From contig JBDRKI010000112.1 in assembly GCA_043814095.1 (NCBI GenBank), positions 1 to 10,316 on the forward strand: 10,316 bases of DNA, given 5' to 3'. The notes beneath the pieces were generated by a model. The model had not been told where the DNA came from. It searched no databases and saw only the letters and a list, made by a program, of their open reading frames with translations. Positions 7,465 through 10,316 of the stretch are shown piece by piece (positions within the stretch are counted from its first letter, which is position 1; each line of letters begins with the position of its first letter). Both the position numbers and the translations under genes were made by a program. The stretch is from Armatimonadota bacterium (GTDB lineage Bacteria > Vulcanimicrobiota > JACPDS01 > JBDRKI01).

Positions 7465-8343
7465 TCAATAAGAATGGTATGTAATTTTTTTGTTCCAGTC
7501 TATGTACATTATCCCGCCGTAATACCGGCTGCCTCCGTAGCCGCTTATAATTTGGTTTTTTAAATTATTTATTAATCCGGGACTCGGGCCGTACGGCACG
7601 GGAATTGAAACTCTTCCTTCAGCACTAATATTTGTCGCCTGTGATATATTATAAGGCCTCTCTCCGGTTACCTTTACTATGTTCATAAAAACGCCTGGAA
7701 CCGCCATTGGAAGATGCGAAGGGCCGGGGGCAGTCCAGTATCCCGGCGGCAAAATTGCATCCGCAATTAAAATATAATACATAAATTCAGGCTTGGGAGC
7801 CGGAGGAACCGCCGGCGGTTCTGCCGCGGCAATAAGCTTTGCGCTTCTTTTTTCCACCCGCTCACAAACAAGAAAAGGAACATTATTTTTCATGAACTCA
7901 ACCGAAATATCAAAAGCATTTTCCACAATGCTTGCAGAGGATTTTTCCTTTAACGTAACAGTCAGCTTCTGCACATTACCGGCTATATTCTCGTCATTTC
8001 TTAAAAGTACGCCTTCGGCGTTAATTTTATAGGTTATTTTTTCGGCCGTATTGTCCGGTTTTTTTCTGGTTATATAGAAACTGCCTGAGGCAGGTGTTAA
8101 GCTAACAGGGGTATCCTTGATTAAATCAGTCCAGTTATCATCGCTTCTCTCGGTAGTTCTGAAATCAGAGGCTAATTTTTGCAGAACATTCCTGGCTTCA
8201 TGGGTTAAATTAATCTTTACCTCATTCCTCTGGTAGTTCCTGATACCCATAACAACTATTACGGCGATAAATGTGCCTATAACCATAACAAGCGCCATGC
8301 TTACCATAATTTCAATTAAGGTTAATCCTTTTCTGTTATTCAC
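7465..8343 (-). CDS. Prepilin-type protein, PilW/GspJ-like, with Pro-rich linker and extra C-terminal domain, 292 aa
   Basis: GTG start after AGGTGAGG. Class III signal MNNRKG|LTLIEIMVSMAL. EARNVLQKLASDFRT and ITYKINAEGVLLRNDENIAGNVQKLTV are typical of PilW/GspJ-like proteins. Confidence 0.8.
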   Translation of the reverse strand: MNNRKGLTLIEIMVSMALVMVIGTFIAVIVVMGIRNYQRNEVKINLTHEARNVLQKLASDFRTTERSDDNWTDLIKDTPVSLTPASGSFYITRKKPDNTAEKITYKINAEGVLLRNDENIAGNVQKLTVTLKEKSSASIVENAFDISVEFMKNNVPFLVCERVEKRSAKLIAAAEPPAVPPAPKPEFMYYILIADAILPPGYWTAPGPSHLPMAVPGVFMNIVKVTGERPYNISQATNISAEGRVSIPVPYGPSPGLINNLKNQIISGYGGSRYYGGIMYIDWNKKITYHSY

Positions 8344-8362
8344 AAAATTTCCTCACCTGATT

Positions 8363-8797
8363 CTATTTTAAATACCCCTTGACAATCCGGGTAACCAGTT
8401 CGACTTTCGCGGAACCCATTGCCAGGAGCCTGCCTGCTTTCTTAGAATCGTTTAGGTCGGAAGGGTCGGGGCATTTCCCGAATACCGTTACTTTAACAGT
8501 GTATAAAATACATGATCCCGTTTTAGCCGCTTCTATTTTTTCTATCTTGCTGAAAAAATAAGTGTCGGGTATTTTTTCCCATCCCTGATCCGTTACGGAT
8601 GCCACATCGGGGCTTTTTATCTCTTCCATAATTTTACGGGCGTAAGATAAAGCCGTAAGTTCATTACTGCTTTTGCTCTGCAGCTTCTGTATGCCGGCAT
8701 ACACTCCCAGCGTAAATGCAAACACGGTAAAGAGCAGAACCATGGCTGCTATAACATCTATTAAAAAAACGCCTTTATTCTTATTCTTCATAAACAT
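8363..8797 (-). CDS. PilV/GspI-like minor (pseudo)pilin with degenerate cleavage motif, 144 aa
   Basis: Basic leader KNKNKG|VFLIDVIAAMVLLF, then ALSYARKIMEEIKS (PilV/GspI-like helix) and YTVKVTVF strand. It sits between other pilin genes. Confidence 0.72.
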   Translation of the reverse strand: MFMKNKNKGVFLIDVIAAMVLLFTVFAFTLGVYAGIQKLQSKSSNELTALSYARKIMEEIKSPDVASVTDQGWEKIPDTYFFSKIEKIEAAKTGSCILYTVKVTVFGKCPDPSDLNDSKKAGRLLAMGSAKVELVTRIVKGYLK

Positions 8798-9259
8798 CTA
8801 TCTTTCCTCATACCAGTTTGTTATAACATTTTTACCCGGATCAATTTCAAAATAGACTTTCCTTTTCGCGGTATAGTGCACATCCGGAGGTGCCGGGCTG
8901 ACCTTGGCAAAACTCTGTGTATTCCATGTTTTACCTTCCGAAGAATATTTATCCCCCCCTAAATTTGTTACCTGAAATGTACCTGCAAATTCGCCGCCAA
9001 AATCAAGGTTCTGCAGATTGTAATCAGGAGACAGAGAGACTTTTTTTGCATACAATATATAATTTGCGCCCGCATCCGCTAAATAAAAAGCCTTTACTGA
9101 ATTCAGAAGGTCCGTATTGGTGCTCTTATCCTTTGTTATGAGAAGATATAGCGTACTTTCAACCAGTATAATAACAAGGCAAGCTATTATTACAAACAAC
9201 AAGGCTCCGCCCTTGTTGTTTGTAATTTTACATTTATTTTTCTTATTTATAAAATTCAT
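8798..9259 (-). CDS. PilX/GspK-like minor pilin (PilX N-terminal type), 153 aa
   Basis: Basic leader ...NNKG|GALLFVIIACLVIILV with no Glu+5, as normal for PilX/GspK. KAFYLADAG matches the PilX-type A.Y.AEAG motif, and SEGK matches the S.G motif. Confidence 0.75.
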   Translation of the reverse strand: MNFINKKNKCKITNNKGGALLFVIIACLVIILVESTLYLLITKDKSTNTDLLNSVKAFYLADAGANYILYAKKVSLSPDYNLQNLDFGGEFAGTFQVTNLGGDKYSSEGKTWNTQSFAKVSPAPPDVHYTAKRKVYFEIDPGKNVITNWYEER

Positions 9260-9269
9260 AATTATAATC

Positions 9270-9914
9270 CTATCTTATATCATAAATTCCGCAAACTTCT
9301 TTATTCTCTTTTTTTACTTCCGGCCAGAAATACAGTATCAGTTTTTTATAGGAAGCCTTTTTCTTAAGCCCCCCTATCTTTCCCGCGCATTCCCCGCCTG
9401 ATATAACAGCGATCCAAGCGTCATAGCCGGGATAAGAATGCTTTAATCTTAAGTATTTCGCTATTATGGCTCCTGTTCTGTCTGCGCCCCAGTTGCAGTG
9501 CACATACGCTTTATCTTCAATAAGCTCCATTATCTTTTCCGTCTGTTCATTAGCAGGTACTGTCTCGCTGTTCATGGGACATTTATAGAAATAAAGGTCT
9601 TCGTCTTTGCATAACTTTTCCAGGGTTTTTATCTGGCTTGAATTCCGGGGCACATGAAGGGCAATAATGCTTTTAACTCCCATATCTTTTAAAAGCTTAA
9701 GATAATATAGTACTTTTTCTTTGGAATTTTTACCCCCTACCGGATTAAATAAGTTTCCCCCCGCAAAAAGCTTATTATCTATTATACGGAAATTGTAAGG
9801 GTATTTGCCCGAACCCCCTGCATCATCATATTTTACGCATTCGGCTTTTTCATAAGCAAAAGTAAGGCCGCATAAGAATAAAAACAGCACGATTAAAGTT
9901 GTAACTTTTCTCAT
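9270..9914 (-). CDS. Exported cysteine-based (CX5R) phosphatase, PTP/dual-specificity superfamily, 214 aa
   Basis: P-loop VHCNWGADRTG (9503-9471), plus NFRIIDNKLFAGG and LKDMGVKSIIAL as in DSP-like folds. Signal peptide MRKVTTLIVLFLFLCGLTFA. Confidence 0.85.
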   Translation of the reverse strand: MRKVTTLIVLFLFLCGLTFAYEKAECVKYDDAGGSGKYPYNFRIIDNKLFAGGNLFNPVGGKNSKEKVLYYLKLLKDMGVKSIIALHVPRNSSQIKTLEKLCKDEDLYFYKCPMNSETVPANEQTEKIMELIEDKAYVHCNWGADRTGAIIAKYLRLKHSYPGYDAWIAVISGGECAGKIGGLKKKASYKKLILYFWPEVKKENKEVCGIYDIR

Positions 9915-9926
9915 ATAGTATAAACC

Positions 9927-10316
9927 TCAAACATTAAACAGTATGCCCAGGATATCACCGTCTTCAACAATATAATCAGCGCCTTTAATCATATACCTGC
10001 CCGCTTCTTTTACCTTTTTCTCGCTTCCCAGCTCGTCTATATCAGCAAACTTTATAACTTCCGCCCTTATAAAACCCTTCTCCATATCCTCATGTATCAC
10101 TCTTGCCGCCTGGGGAGCTTTTGAGCCTTCTTTTACCATCCATGATCTTGACTCATCTTCTGATGAGGTAAAAAAAGTAATAAGCCCGAGCGCTTTATAG
10201 GATATCCGGGTAAGCGCTTCCAGAGCGGAACAGGATATACCGTATTCCTCAAGAAAGATACCCTTATCCTCGCCCGATAGGGATGTCAGCTCCTTTTCCA
10301 GTTTAGCCGAGAGGCA
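9927..10316 (-). CDS. ychF: YchF (Obg-family redox-regulated ATPase), C-terminal 129 aa, 5'-truncated by the window edge
   Basis: The frame is open from 10316: CLSAKLEKEL...FLEEYGI...SYKALGLITFFT...SW.VKEGSKAPQAA.VIHEDMEKGFIRAEV...VEDGDI...FNV. The 70-aa track ORF is only its tail. Confidence 0.95.
   Translation of the reverse strand, partial: CLSAKLEKELTSLSGEDKGIFLEEYGISCSALEALTRISYKALGLITFFTSSEDESRSWMVKEGSKAPQAARVIHEDMEKGFIRAEVIKFADIDELGSEKKVKEAGRYMIKGADYIVEDGDILGILFNV

Noticed and set aside
6967-9259. Shufflon or DGR-type pilin variation
   Set aside because: I saw no recombinase or reverse transcriptase, no silent cassettes, and no template/variable repeat pair within the window.
6565-9401. 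Short ORFs 6565-6879, 7280-7468, 7793-8032, 8379-8561, 8673-8855, 8917-9141 and 9117-9401
   Set aside because: All overlap supported pilC, pilin or phosphatase genes, antisense or out of frame, with no independent evidence.
1-10316. CRISPR array, tRNA/rRNA, transposase
   Set aside because: No regularly spaced repeats or recognisable RNA genes; the window is almost entirely protein-coding, with no transposase-like ORF.

Overview
AT-rich bacterial window, almost all on the minus strand. Reading from the right end, the 3' part of ychF runs into a tightly packed apparent operon (gaps of 0-23 nt). It encodes a signal-peptide CX5R phosphatase (HCNWGADRTG), four type IV minor pilin/pseudopilin-like genes (PilX/GspK-, PilV/GspI-, PilW/GspJ- and FimT/GspH-like, in that non-canonical order), a divergent PilC/GspF platform protein, a secreted TPR protein, and a secreted multidomain protein (TolB-N/CsgG-like alpha/beta + PEGA + Asp-box/YCF48-type propeller + TPR). 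No assembly ATPase, major pilin, prepilin peptidase, secretin or PilY1 is present. Downstream lies a stand-alone AAA_14/DUF4143 ATPase with its own near-consensus sigma70 promoter, overlapped by a 17-bp inverted repeat. It converges on the 3' part of a flavin reductase-like gene at the left end. The most interesting object is the 'orphan' minor-pilin + PilC module flanked by three exported proteins of unusual type. All family calls come from motif recognition, not database searches.
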